Assembly: GCA_016212825.1 (NCBI GenBank)
Contig: JACRDS010000052.1
Location: forward strand, 424-64,423
DNA from: Elusimicrobiota bacterium
GTDB lineage: Bacteria > Elusimicrobiota > Elusimicrobia > UBA1565 > UBA9628
Length of the DNA stretch: 64,000 nucleotides
Reading direction: 5' to 3'
Shown: piece by piece, positions 1-10,569 of the stretch
How positions within the stretch are numbered: the stretch's first letter is position 1
Layout: each line of letters starts with the position of its first letter
Notes under the pieces: generated by a model
The model's database searches: none
What the model saw: the letters and a program-made list of their open reading frames with translations, nothing else
Told to the model about the DNA's origin: nothing
Position numbers and translations under genes: made by a program

Positions 1-1795
1 CGAGGGGGACGCGGAGCTCGATGCCGCGACGCGGCGGTTCGGCAACGTCGTGCATATCTACCGTTTCGACGAGAAGATCGTGGACGTGCCGGGGCATGAG
101 GCCATGCAGGTCATCGAGATGCATGAGCCCGTCCCGCAGCTCAAGAAGGCCGCGCGCCTCCTTGGCTATGCGAGCGTGCAGAACGTGCTCGACCCGGACG
201 GACATCTGCGCAAGACCCAGCTCTTCGACCTGCGCATCCAGGACCCCCGCGACATGAACCAGATGGGCGCGAATATGGACGCGGCATCCGTGACCGCGCT
301 CATGGGCATCCCGCTCGCCGAACTGCAAGCCCGCTACGCCGACCCCAGGCCGCGCCCCCGCTTCCTCCAGTTCCGCCGGCCGGTGGAATGGCTGCGCCAT
401 GAGAAGCGGGACGAGAAAGAGAAGCAGGAAGGTAAGACCGCCAACCTGGCCACCGTGACCTCGGCCTACCGGACCATCTCGGCCCTGGACCTCCTGGACG
501 GTCAGCTGTCCTCGGCCCAGAGGGCCGCCCTGAGGGGTTCCCTGGTGCTCATCGGTTCCACTGCGGTCGGTTACTACGACCATTATCCCAATCCTTTCGA
601 CCCCACCGCGCCCGGCATGGAGTTCCACGCCAATAGTATCGACAACGTCGTCCACGAAGACTTCCTGAACGCCACGCCTCGGCTCGCCATGCTCTGCGTC
701 CTGCTGGCCATGATCTGGCTGCCCCTGCTGCTGCTGCGCTTCCCGCCCGTGACGAGCAACGGCGCCGTGGCCGGCTTCCTGGTTTTCTGGTTCGTCTTCA
801 CCTACTGGACCTTCTGCCGCGGCACGCGCACCGAGTTCGTGGCGCCCGCGGTGGCCCTGGTCCTGTCCTTCCTGGTCCTGACCGTGCGCCGGGTGCTCAC
901 GGAGGGCGCCGAGAAGAAGTTCATCAAGCAGACCTTCGGGCAGTTCGTCTCCCCGGACGTGGTGGACAAGCTCGTCGCAGACCCCAGCCAGATCAAGCTG
1001 GGCGGCGAGAAGCGCGAGATGACCGTGCTCTTCCTGGACATCGCGCACTTCACCACCATCTCCGAGAAGATGAAGCCCGAGGCCCTCATCCAGTTCCTCA
1101 ACAAGTACCTCTCCGCCCTGAGCCAGGTCATCCATGAGCACAAGGGCACGGTGGACAAATATATCGGCGACTGCATCATGGCCTTCTGGAACGCCCCGCT
1201 CGACGACGGGGACCACCGGCTCAACGCCTGCCTGGCCGCGGTGGAGTGCCAGCAGAAGATGTCGGAGCTCAACAAGGACCTCGACCCGACCCTCCCCGAG
1301 GTTCCCGCCATCCGCATCGGCCTCAACGCGGGGGAGATGACCGTGGGCCTGACCGGTTCGGAGAAGAAGCTGGCCTACACGGTCATCGGCGACGAGGTCA
1401 ACCTCGGCTCGCGTCTGGAGGGGGCCAACAAGTTCTTCGGCTCCCATATCATGGTCAGCGAGGCGGTCTATTCCGGCGCCAAAGACGCCGTCGCGGCCAG
1501 GGAGCTGGGCCGCGTGCGCGTGGTGGGCAAGGACATCCCCATCCGCGTCTTCGAACTGCTGGCCCGGCAGGGCGAGCTCTCGGCGCAGTGGCAGCAGGCC
1601 CTGCCCCTCTACGAGGCCGGCCTCAAGCAGTTCCATGCCCGCGAGTTCGAGCAGGCGGCGGTCTCCTTCGAGGGGGTGCTCAAGCTCTTCCCCAAGGACG
1701 GGCCATCCTTCTTCTACTGCAACGCGGCCCGCGACTACGCGGCCATCCCGCCGGACCAGGACTGGGACGGGGTCATCAAACTGACCGCCAAATAG
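1..1795 (+). CDS. CHASE2-type sensor fused to class III adenylate/guanylate cyclase, TPR-like tail; 5' end lies outside the window
   Basis: The frame is open from nt 2 with no stop before the listed ATG at 50, so the gene is 5'-truncated. CHASE2-like segment (GYASVQNVLDPDGHLRK), several hydrophobic helices, then a cyclase core (MTVLFLDIAHFTTISE...VDKYIGDCIMAFWNAP...YTVIGDEVNLGSRLE). Confidence 0.8.
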   Translation, partial: EGDAELDAATRRFGNVVHIYRFDEKIVDVPGHEAMQVIEMHEPVPQLKKAARLLGYASVQNVLDPDGHLRKTQLFDLRIQDPRDMNQMGANMDAASVTALMGIPLAELQARYADPRPRPRFLQFRRPVEWLRHEKRDEKEKQEGKTANLATVTSAYRTISALDLLDGQLSSAQRAALRGSLVLIGSTAVGYYDHYPNPFDPTAPGMEFHANSIDNVVHEDFLNATPRLAMLCVLLAMIWLPLLLLRFPPVTSNGAVAGFLVFWFVFTYWTFCRGTRTEFVAPAVALVLSFLVLTVRRVLTEGAEKKFIKQTFGQFVSPDVVDKLVADPSQIKLGGEKREMTVLFLDIAHFTTISEKMKPEALIQFLNKYLSALSQVIHEHKGTVDKYIGDCIMAFWNAPLDDGDHRLNACLAAVECQQKMSELNKDLDPTLPEVPAIRIGLNAGEMTVGLTGSEKKLAYTVIGDEVNLGSRLEGANKFFGSHIMVSEAVYSGAKDAVAARELGRVRVVGKDIPIRVFELLARQGELSAQWQQALPLYEAGLKQFHAREFEQAAVSFEGVLKLFPKDGPSFFYCNAARDYAAIPPDQDWDGVIKLTAK

Positions 1796-1799
1796 CGCG

Positions 1800-2507
1800 A
1801 TGGACATCTTCTGGCGGCTCCTGCTCGGCCACCTGGTGGCCGACTTCACGCTCCAGACCAACTTCATCAACCGTTGGAAGCGCAGCAGCCCCTGGGGGAT
1901 GCTGGTGCACTGCCTCATCCATCCCGTCTGCTACGTCCTGCTGACCCTCCGCTCGCTGGGCGAGGTCTGGACGGTCTTGGGTTCGGTGTCCCTGCCGGGC
2001 TGGGCCTGCATCGGGCTCCTGTTCGCGGCGCATTTCATCGAGGATGAGTGGCGGGTGACGACCATCTTCCGGTTCAAGACTCCGGACAACACCCTCTACT
2101 TCCTCTGGGACCAGGTCATCCACGCGGCGGTCATCTTCGCCGTGGCGCCCATCGGGCTGTCCAACGGGGAGCCTCTGATCCCCGAGAAGTGGCCGGTCCT
2201 GGGCTGCCTGGCCGTGCTCCTGACGCACATGACCACGGTGACGACCTACTTCCTGGAGAAGGACATCTACGGCGGCTCCTATCCCGGCTTCGACGAGAAG
2301 TACCTGGGGATGGCGGAGCGCTTGGTTCTGGGGCTGTCCTTCCTCCTCCCGCATAACGGCTGGCTGCTGGTGGCTCCGGTCTGGCTGGCCGGCATGGCCC
2401 TGCTGCGCGGCCGGCGCCTCCTGGACCTCTCCTGGTTCAGCTACGGCTTCGGCGGGGCCGTGAGCGTCGCCTGCGGGCTCTTCGCCCGTTCCGTGTATTA
2501 TCTTTGA
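1800..2507 (+). CDS. DUF3307-family membrane protein
   Basis: N-terminal GHLVADFTLQT motif typical of DUF3307; polytopic hydrophobic profile; starts 4 nt after the cyclase stop. Confidence 0.6.
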   Translation: MDIFWRLLLGHLVADFTLQTNFINRWKRSSPWGMLVHCLIHPVCYVLLTLRSLGEVWTVLGSVSLPGWACIGLLFAAHFIEDEWRVTTIFRFKTPDNTLYFLWDQVIHAAVIFAVAPIGLSNGEPLIPEKWPVLGCLAVLLTHMTTVTTYFLEKDIYGGSYPGFDEKYLGMAERLVLGLSFLLPHNGWLLVAPVWLAGMALLRGRRLLDLSWFSYGFGGAVSVACGLFARSVYYL

Positions 2508-2580
2508 ATAAGTCGAGACGGTCCACCGAGCTCTCGTTTGAGCTGGCTGCTTCCGTTCCTCCGTTTATGAAGGAGACCCC

Positions 2581-4254
<1,674 letters not shown>

Positions 4255-4262
4255 GAGGTCTC

Positions 4263-4760
4263 ATGGCACAGGATTTCTCTTTCGACGCGGTCAGCGAGGT
4301 GGACTTGAACCTGGTCAACGAATCCATCCAGGTGGCGATGAAGGAGATCGTCAACCGCTTCGACTTCAAGAACGCCAACGCCTCCATCGAGCTCGACTCC
4401 AAGGCCAAGAAGCTCATCGTGCGCGCCTCGGACGACATGAAGGTCAACAGCGTCCTGGACATCCTCTTCATGCGCATGGCCAAGCGGGGCATCCCGCTGA
4501 AGAACTTCAGCAAGGGCAAGATCGAGCAGGCCCTGGGCCAGACCGCGCGCCTGGACGTGGCCATCCAGTCGGGCATCCCGACCGAGAAGGCCAAGGAGAT
4601 GGTGGCGGCCATCAAGGCGGCCAAGCGCAAGGTCAACGCGACCATCCAGGCCGAGCAGCTGCGCGTGGCCAGCAAGTCCAAAGACGAGCTGCAGGCCGTG
4701 ATGTCGCTGCTGCGCCAGGGCAGCTTCGGCGTGGAGCTGCAGTTCAAGAACTTCCGGTAA
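4263..4760 (+). CDS. yajQ: YajQ-family nucleotide / c-di-GMP-binding protein (UPF0234)
   Basis: 165 aa. SFDAVSEVDLNLVNESIQVAMKEIVNRFDFK is the characteristic YajQ N-terminus. AGGAGG SD 5 nt upstream. Confidence 0.9.
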   Translation: MAQDFSFDAVSEVDLNLVNESIQVAMKEIVNRFDFKNANASIELDSKAKKLIVRASDDMKVNSVLDILFMRMAKRGIPLKNFSKGKIEQALGQTARLDVAIQSGIPTEKAKEMVAAIKAAKRKVNATIQAEQLRVASKSKDELQAVMSLLRQGSFGVELQFKNFR

Positions 4761-4772
4761 CCCCCTCCGCCC

Positions 4773-5627
4773 ATGAAGCGCGCCTGGCCATGCGTCTTAT
4801 CCGGCGCGATGACGGTGCTGCTCGTGGCGGGACCGCCGGAGGTCAGGGCGGTCGGGATGCCCGGAGATTCGGAGATGGGCAAGGCGATATTCGAGGGGAA
4901 TCTCAAAGCGGCGGAGCTTGCGCTGGAGCTAGGCGCGGATATCAACGGCGGGGGTGGGAACCCTCCCCTGCAGGACGCCGCGGGGCGCGGCTACATCGAC
5001 GTGGTCAGGTTCCTGCTGGATAAGGGAGCCGACGTGGATGCCGCGGGCCCGTCCGGTTCCCCGGCCCTCAGCGCGGCGGCAGGGGCCGGCCATCTGGAGG
5101 TGGTCCGGCTCCTGATCAAGCGCGGCGCCAGCGTCCGGGCGCTGGATGCCTTGGGCCGGTCGGCTCTGATGGAAGCCGCGGCCGGGGGCCACCAGGCCGT
5201 GGCGGCCTTCCTGCTGGAGCAGGGCGCCCCGACCGACGTCCTGGAGACCGGCGGGGCGACAATCCTGATGTACGCCGCCGTCTCCTGCAGCACGGGCACC
5301 GTGCGGCTCCTGCTGGAGAGGGGGGCGGATGTCAACGCGGCCTCCAACAGCGGGTGGACCGCCCTGCTCGCGGCTGCGCGGCGCGGCTGCGTGCCGGTGG
5401 CGAAGACGCTTCTGGACCGGGACGCCCTGGTCAACGCGAGCGCGGAGGACGGCAAGACGCCGCTGATCCTAGCCGCGGCCAGCGGCAAGGTCGAGCTGGT
5501 GCGGCTGCTTCTGGACAACGGGGCTGACCCTGCGGCGCGGGACCGGGACGGGGACACGGCGCTCTCCGTCGCCCAGAAGAAGGGGGACGCGGCGATCGTC
5601 AAGCTCCTGAAAGAAGCCCGGCCGTGA
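4773..5627 (+). CDS. secreted ankyrin-repeat protein
   Basis: Signal-peptide-like N-terminus followed by about 7 repeats of the G.TPL..AA..G....V..LL..GAD.NA ankyrin pattern. Confidence 0.85.
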   Translation: MKRAWPCVLSGAMTVLLVAGPPEVRAVGMPGDSEMGKAIFEGNLKAAELALELGADINGGGGNPPLQDAAGRGYIDVVRFLLDKGADVDAAGPSGSPALSAAAGAGHLEVVRLLIKRGASVRALDALGRSALMEAAAGGHQAVAAFLLEQGAPTDVLETGGATILMYAAVSCSTGTVRLLLERGADVNAASNSGWTALLAAARRGCVPVAKTLLDRDALVNASAEDGKTPLILAAASGKVELVRLLLDNGADPAARDRDGDTALSVAQKKGDAAIVKLLKEARP

Positions 5628-5641
5628 CCCTGCCGGCGCGC

Positions 5642-6202
5642 TCAGGCGATGTCGGCCTTGCCGACGTGCTCGATGAGGGGATACCAGGTCCCGTCCGGCA
5701 GCCGCAGCAGCGGCAGCATCTTGGTCTCGAGGTCCGGGACCCCCTTCGGGGCCAGGACCACGGCGGTGGCTTCACGGACCTGCGCGTCCTCCTGATAGAG
5801 GACGCTGAGCTCGAGCTTGGCTTCGGGCAGGGGCCGGCATTGGGTGATGTAGGCCGGGAACAGGAGGGTCCCGGCGAGCTTGGAGAGGCCGGGGCTGCTC
5901 GGCGGTTCTCTCTTGACCCACCAGGCGATGGGCAGGGCGATGAGGAAAAAGACGATCATGACGCCGATGGTCTTGAAGGGATCTGTGTACAGTCCGACCG
6001 GGAAGCGGGCGGGCAGCAGGGCGTAGGCGATGAGCAGGGCCAGGGCGATGAGTCCTATGGTGATGGGCGGGCGGATGGCGGGCTCGAGCCGGCGCAGTTC
6101 TTCAGGCTTGAGCGGGCGAGGGTAGCCCGGAGGGAAGACAGGGCCGCTGGCAGCGGGTGCGGCCGGGTTCTGCGGAATTTGGCCAGGCAGCGGGTCATCC
6201 AT
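5642..6202 (-). CDS. hypothetical membrane protein (Pro-rich N-terminus, 2 TM helices, small C-terminal domain)
   Basis: ORF with coding-like composition and two clear hydrophobic helices. No family recognised. Confidence 0.5.
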   Translation of the reverse strand: MDDPLPGQIPQNPAAPAASGPVFPPGYPRPLKPEELRRLEPAIRPPITIGLIALALLIAYALLPARFPVGLYTDPFKTIGVMIVFFLIALPIAWWVKREPPSSPGLSKLAGTLLFPAYITQCRPLPEAKLELSVLYQEDAQVREATAVVLAPKGVPDLETKMLPLLRLPDGTWYPLIEHVGKADIA

Positions 6203-6242
6203 GCCGGTGCAGGTATAGCGGGTACTATAATACCTATTTTAG

Positions 6243-7364
6243 CTAGCCGTCGGTCACGTAGGCGGCCGCCTTGTCGAGCCGGGCGCCCTTGAGCCCCACC
6301 TCATCGAGCGCCTTGATCCCGCCCTGGCGCCGCGCCGCCAGGATGCGCGCCACGGTCACCGGCCCCAGCCCCGGCACTCGCAGCAAGGCTTCCTTCTCCG
6401 CCGATCTGAGCCGCACCGGGAAGAACTCCGGATGCCTCTGCGCCCAGACCTGCTTGGGGTCCGCGGTCAGGGAGAGGTTTCCGTCCGGCTCCAGGGCGAT
6501 GTCGCCGACGTCCCACTTGTAGAGCCGCATCAGGAATTCGGCCTGATAGAGCCGGTGCTCCCGGGTGAGCAGGTCCTCGGGCTTGACCGCGGAGCGCTCG
6601 CCGGGCAGGCGCGCGTCGCCCAGGCCCCGCTGATACGCGCTGAAATACACGCGGCTGAGGCCCCAGCGCCGGTACAGGCCGAAGGTGGTCTGCAGGATGT
6701 CGGAGTCCTTCTCCTCGGCCGCGCCGACCACGAACTGGGTGGTCTGCTTGACCCGGGCATAAGGGCCGCCGTCCGCGGTGAGCCGGCTGATGAGCTTTAT
6801 GGGCCTGACGATGTCGCGCTCGAAATCCTTCTTCGCGGACAGGGCCCGGAAATAGGAGGCTTTGGGCGCCTCGACGTTGAGGGACACGGCGCTGGCCAGG
6901 CGCACCGCCTGGGCGATGGCCTCGTCCGAGGCTCCAGGGATGACTTTCAAGTGTATGTAGCCGCGGTACTGGTACTGTTTGCGCAGGATGCTGGCGGCGG
7001 CGAGCATGCGGTCCATGGTGTGGTCGGGTGTGCCGATGACGCCGGAACTGAGGAACAGCCCGAAGACGCCATAGCGCCGAACGCAGTCCATGTACACCGA
7101 GGCGACCTCCTCGGGCGTCATGGTGCAGCGGGGCACGTCGCGCTCGGAGCGGAAGGGGCAGTAGCGGCAGTCGTTGGCGCAGGCGTTGGACATGAGCGTC
7201 TTGAGCATGATGGAGGTGCCGCCGCGGGGCAAAGAGACGGGGTAGAGCCAGAGGCCGGCGGCTCCTCTTTTGCGGTGGTCCTCGCCGCCCTTGGTCCCGC
7301 AGGCGCAGGAGAGGTCGTAGCGGGATGCGTCGGCCAGCAGCTCGAGCTTCGCTTGTGTATCCAC
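6243..7364 (-). CDS. putative DNA modification/repair radical SAM protein (HhH C-terminus)
   Basis: CANDCRYCPF CxxxCxxC cluster motif. N-terminal KLELLADASRYD and a C-terminal helix-hairpin-helix-like LLRVPGLGPVTVARIL, as in the family usually paired with a UDG-like protein. Confidence 0.8.
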   Translation of the reverse strand: MDTQAKLELLADASRYDLSCACGTKGGEDHRKRGAAGLWLYPVSLPRGGTSIMLKTLMSNACANDCRYCPFRSERDVPRCTMTPEEVASVYMDCVRRYGVFGLFLSSGVIGTPDHTMDRMLAAASILRKQYQYRGYIHLKVIPGASDEAIAQAVRLASAVSLNVEAPKASYFRALSAKKDFERDIVRPIKLISRLTADGGPYARVKQTTQFVVGAAEEKDSDILQTTFGLYRRWGLSRVYFSAYQRGLGDARLPGERSAVKPEDLLTREHRLYQAEFLMRLYKWDVGDIALEPDGNLSLTADPKQVWAQRHPEFFPVRLRSAEKEALLRVPGLGPVTVARILAARRQGGIKALDEVGLKGARLDKAAAYVTDG

Positions 7365-7410
7365 GGACGGCTCCTCTCGGCGGCAACAGGGTACGCCCGC
7401 AAAGCCTTCC

Positions 7411-7438
7411 TGTCAAGGGCGCCCGTCTTAGGTATAAT
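7411..7438 (+). promoter_or_regulatory. sigma70-like promoter (TGTCAA-16 nt-TATAAT), -10 ends 6 nt before the ATG at 7445
   Basis: TATAAT at 7433-7438 and TGTCAA at 7411-7416. No SD in the 6-nt gap (cggctt), consistent with a leaderless transcript. Confidence 0.5.
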
Positions 7439-7444
7439 CGGCTT

Positions 7445-7816
7445 ATGAGCTTCACATTCGCCCACAACAACCTCAACGTCTTCGACCTGCAGAAGAGCCT
7501 GGGTTTCTACTCCAAGGCTCTGGGCCTCAAGGAGGTCCGGCGCATCAGCGCGCCGGACGGGTCCTTTATCCTGGTCTTCCTCTCCGACGGGGTCATGCCG
7601 CATCAGCTGGAGCTGACCTGGCTGCGCGACCGCCAGTCGAAGTACAACCTGGGCGACAACGAGATCCACCTGGCGTTCCGGGCCAAGGACTACCAGAAGG
7701 CCCACGCGGAGCATAAAGCCATGGGCTGCATCTGCTACGAGAACGAGAAGATGGGCATCTACTTCATCGAGGACCCGGACGGCTACTGGCTCGAGATCCT
7801 GCCGGAGAAGCGCTGA
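7445..7816 (+). CDS. VOC-family protein, glyoxalase I-like
   Basis: FAHNNLNVFDLQKSLGFYSKALGL...ELTW...HLAF...DPDGYWLEIL matches the lactoylglutathione lyase / VOC pattern. Start moved to the ATG at 7445 because the promoter lies inside the longer ORF. Confidence 0.75.
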   Translation: MSFTFAHNNLNVFDLQKSLGFYSKALGLKEVRRISAPDGSFILVFLSDGVMPHQLELTWLRDRQSKYNLGDNEIHLAFRAKDYQKAHAEHKAMGCICYENEKMGIYFIEDPDGYWLEILPEKR

Positions 7817-7819
7817 CCT

Positions 7820-8269
7820 TCAGCTCGGCTTGAACAGGTTGTCGATGGTCAGGCTGGTGAAGCCCGGGGGGTTGTTCCTGGCCCTGAGGTTGAATTCCTT
7901 GAGCTTGAAGATGGCTTCGACCCGCTGATCCGCGGGTATCCTCAGGAGCTCCAGCAGGGCGGATAGGTTTTGCCCGCTTCCCGCGCTCAGGTCGCTGATG
8001 ATCCTGGCGTAATTGGCGGCGATGTACTCCCGGATCTTGACGACCTGGGGGTTGTTGGGGGATATGCCGCCCGTGCGCTTGAGGTCGAGGTCGAGCTTGC
8101 ACACGGTGATCAGGATGAGGTCGGTGCACTTGGCTACGGCGTCGGCGACCACGGTGATGTTGGTGGCTCCTGGCTCCGGGGTGATGACGATGGCCTTGCT
8201 GCGGCGGAAGGAGAAGCAGCCGGCGAGGAGGGGGGCGAGCATGAGGCTGAGCAGAGTGGTTCTTCTCAT
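7820..8269 (-). CDS. hypothetical lipoprotein
   Basis: Lipobox LLAGC after a positively charged, hydrophobic N-terminus. No family recognised. Confidence 0.55.
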   Translation of the reverse strand: MRRTTLLSLMLAPLLAGCFSFRRSKAIVITPEPGATNITVVADAVAKCTDLILITVCKLDLDLKRTGGISPNNPQVVKIREYIAANYARIISDLSAGSGQNLSALLELLRIPADQRVEAIFKLKEFNLRARNNPPGFTSLTIDNLFKPS

Positions 8270-8340
8270 GGGTCACAATTATACATCGGATAGGCGGCCG
8301 GGGGGGACTTCGAAATAGTCTATAATCCCCCTTGCCAGTC

Positions 8341-9603
8341 ATGCGCCACCTCATCGTCAACTCTTCCCAACTCCTCATGATGAACGGCCCGGACAGGGCC
8401 CGCCACGGCAAAGAGATGCAGCCCGTCGGCCTCGTGCGCGAAGGCGCCGTGCTCATCGACGAAGGCAAGATCATCGCGGCCGGCCTCCCCGACCTCGTCC
8501 AAGGCCACGAACTCGCCCAAGACGCCCGCCTCCTCGACGCCGGCGGCCGCGTCATCCTCCCCGGCTTCGTGGACAGCCACACCCACCCAGTCTTCGCCGG
8601 TCCCCGCCTCAAGGATTTTGAGGCCAGGCTCAAAGGAAAGACCTATGCCGACATCGCGGACGAGGGCGGCGGCATCCTGTCAACAGTGAATGGCGTGCGC
8701 GGCGCCAGCCTCAACGCCCTCACTGAGAGCCTGCGCGAAAGAGCCGGCCGCTTCATCGAATGCGGAACAACGACCATAGAAGCCAAATCCGGCTACGGCC
8801 TCGATGTCGAAAACGAGCTCAAGATGCTCCGGGCCATCAAGGCCGTCAACGAAGCCGGCCCACTCGAGCTCATCGCCACCTTCCTCGGCGCCCATGCCGT
8901 GCCCGGCGAGATGAAGCACGATCGCGAAGGCTACATCAGGCGGGTCTGCGAGGAGATGCTCCCAGCCGTAGCCAAGGAGAAGCTGGCCAGCTTCGTAGAC
9001 GCCTTCTGCGAAAAAGGCTTCTTCAGCGTGGAAGAGACGAAGCGTATTTTCGAAGCCGCCGCCAAAGCCGGCCTCAAGCCCAAGATCCACGCCGAACAGC
9101 TCAGCCGCAGCGGCTCAGTGCCCATGTCCGTTACAGCCGGAGCCCTGTCCGCCGACCACCTCGAATGCATAGACGACGCCGATCTCCCCCAGCTGGCCAA
9201 AGGCGGCATCGTCTCCTGCCTCGTGCCCGGCTCCAATTATTTCCTTGCCAAACCCTATCCCCCGGCCCGCCGCCTCATAGACGCCGGCGCCGCCGTGGCT
9301 TTGGCCACCGACTTCAACCCCGGCACCTGCCCCTGCTGGGACATGAGCATGATACTCTCCATCGCGTGCACCCAGATGAAGATGACCCCCGAAGAGGCCC
9401 TGGTCGCGGCCACCATCAACGGCGCCGCTGCCCTCGGGCTCGAGAAGACCCACGGCACCATCGAGCCCGGCAAGACCGCCGACCTGGTCTGCTACGAGGC
9501 CGAGGACTACCGCGAGCTGCCCTACTGGTTCGGCGCCCCCCAGGTGGCCTGGACCATGAAGCGCGGGGTCATGGTCCATTCCCGGCGCGAGTATAGGCTA
9601 TAA
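8341..9603 (+). CDS. hutI: imidazolonepropionase
   Basis: GFVDSHTHPVFAG metal-binding motif, KIHAEQL and ATDFNPG motifs. The start may be the TTG at 8332 or the ATG at 8341; TATAAT at 8321-8326. Confidence 0.9.
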   Translation: MRHLIVNSSQLLMMNGPDRARHGKEMQPVGLVREGAVLIDEGKIIAAGLPDLVQGHELAQDARLLDAGGRVILPGFVDSHTHPVFAGPRLKDFEARLKGKTYADIADEGGGILSTVNGVRGASLNALTESLRERAGRFIECGTTTIEAKSGYGLDVENELKMLRAIKAVNEAGPLELIATFLGAHAVPGEMKHDREGYIRRVCEEMLPAVAKEKLASFVDAFCEKGFFSVEETKRIFEAAAKAGLKPKIHAEQLSRSGSVPMSVTAGALSADHLECIDDADLPQLAKGGIVSCLVPGSNYFLAKPYPPARRLIDAGAAVALATDFNPGTCPCWDMSMILSIACTQMKMTPEEALVAATINGAAALGLEKTHGTIEPGKTADLVCYEAEDYRELPYWFGAPQVAWTMKRGVMVHSRREYRL

Positions 9604-9614
9604 TAGGCACGGAT

Positions 9615-9992
9615 ATGGCCCTGCGCATGGTCGTCGTCGAGGACAACCTCCTCACCCGGGAGCTCATCAAGGAGATGATCGAGTGCCTCGGGCACCAGGT
9701 CGTGGCCGAGACCGATGACCTCGCCACCACTATGGCCGCCTACCAGCAGCACAAGCCCGACGGCCTCACCATCGACCTCTCCTTGCCCAAGGAGGACGGC
9801 CTCACCATCCTCAAGGCCCTGCGCGAGGCCGACCCTAACGTGCGGGCCATCATCGTCTCCGGCAACAGCCAGGCCCGCATCAAGGAGGAGGTCCTCAAGG
9901 CCGGCGCCGTGGACCTTCTGCCCAAGCCCATAGAGATGGCTACCTTGCGCGCCTGCCTCGGCAAGGTCTTCCCAGATGCAGATAACGCCTGA
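9615..9992 (+). CDS. single-domain response regulator (CheY-like receiver)
   Basis: 125 aa. Acidic pocket (VVVEDN), phospho-acceptor context (PDGLTIDLSLP), conserved IIVSG and KPI. Confidence 0.85.
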   Translation: MALRMVVVEDNLLTRELIKEMIECLGHQVVAETDDLATTMAAYQQHKPDGLTIDLSLPKEDGLTILKALREADPNVRAIIVSGNSQARIKEEVLKAGAVDLLPKPIEMATLRACLGKVFPDADNA

Positions 9993-10563
9993 AGACCAAA
10001 AAGCCATACTCGGGCTCCTCGAGTCCGGCATCGAGGCCAGCACGGCCAAGCTCGCCGCCATATCCCGGACCCAGTGGGCCATCAAGACCACGGCGCTCAA
10101 GGCCTACGCCACGGCCGAGGACTTCGCCGAGCTCGGCCAGCCCAGCCAGTACTTCTTCGGCGCCTACTGCACCTCGCCCGGCCGCGTCTTTCTCTCGTAC
10201 TTCAGCTCGCGCGCATCCGCCCTGCTGACCCAGGCCTTCCTCGCCAACAGCAAGCGCGGCCTGGAGGCCACCCCCCAGATGCAGGAAGTCGCGGTGGCCG
10301 AGGTCTCCAACATCGTCATCAACGCCATCGCCGCCAACATCGCGGACCGCTGCGGCATGGCCTTCATCCTCTCCGCGCCCAAGAGCGTGCGCGGCGCGCG
10401 CGCCGACATCGTCACCGCCGCCTTCGGAGCTTTGCAGCCTGTGGGCAAGGTCTTCAGCGCCACCATCAGCCTCTCCTCCAAGGACATCGCCGCCGACTGC
10501 ACCCTGATGATGATGCTAGACGACCTCATCGTCAACTTCATCCTCAACGCCCTGGACCGCTAA
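9976..10563 (+). CDS. CheC/CheX-like CheY-P phosphatase
   Basis: One E-x2-N-x22-P signature (AEVSNIVINAIAANIADRCGMAFILSAP). Overlaps the receiver gene by 17 nt. Confidence 0.6.
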   Translation: MQITPEDQKAILGLLESGIEASTAKLAAISRTQWAIKTTALKAYATAEDFAELGQPSQYFFGAYCTSPGRVFLSYFSSRASALLTQAFLANSKRGLEATPQMQEVAVAEVSNIVINAIAANIADRCGMAFILSAPKSVRGARADIVTAAFGALQPVGKVFSATISLSSKDIAADCTLMMMLDDLIVNFILNALDR

Positions 10564-10569
10564 GTCCCG

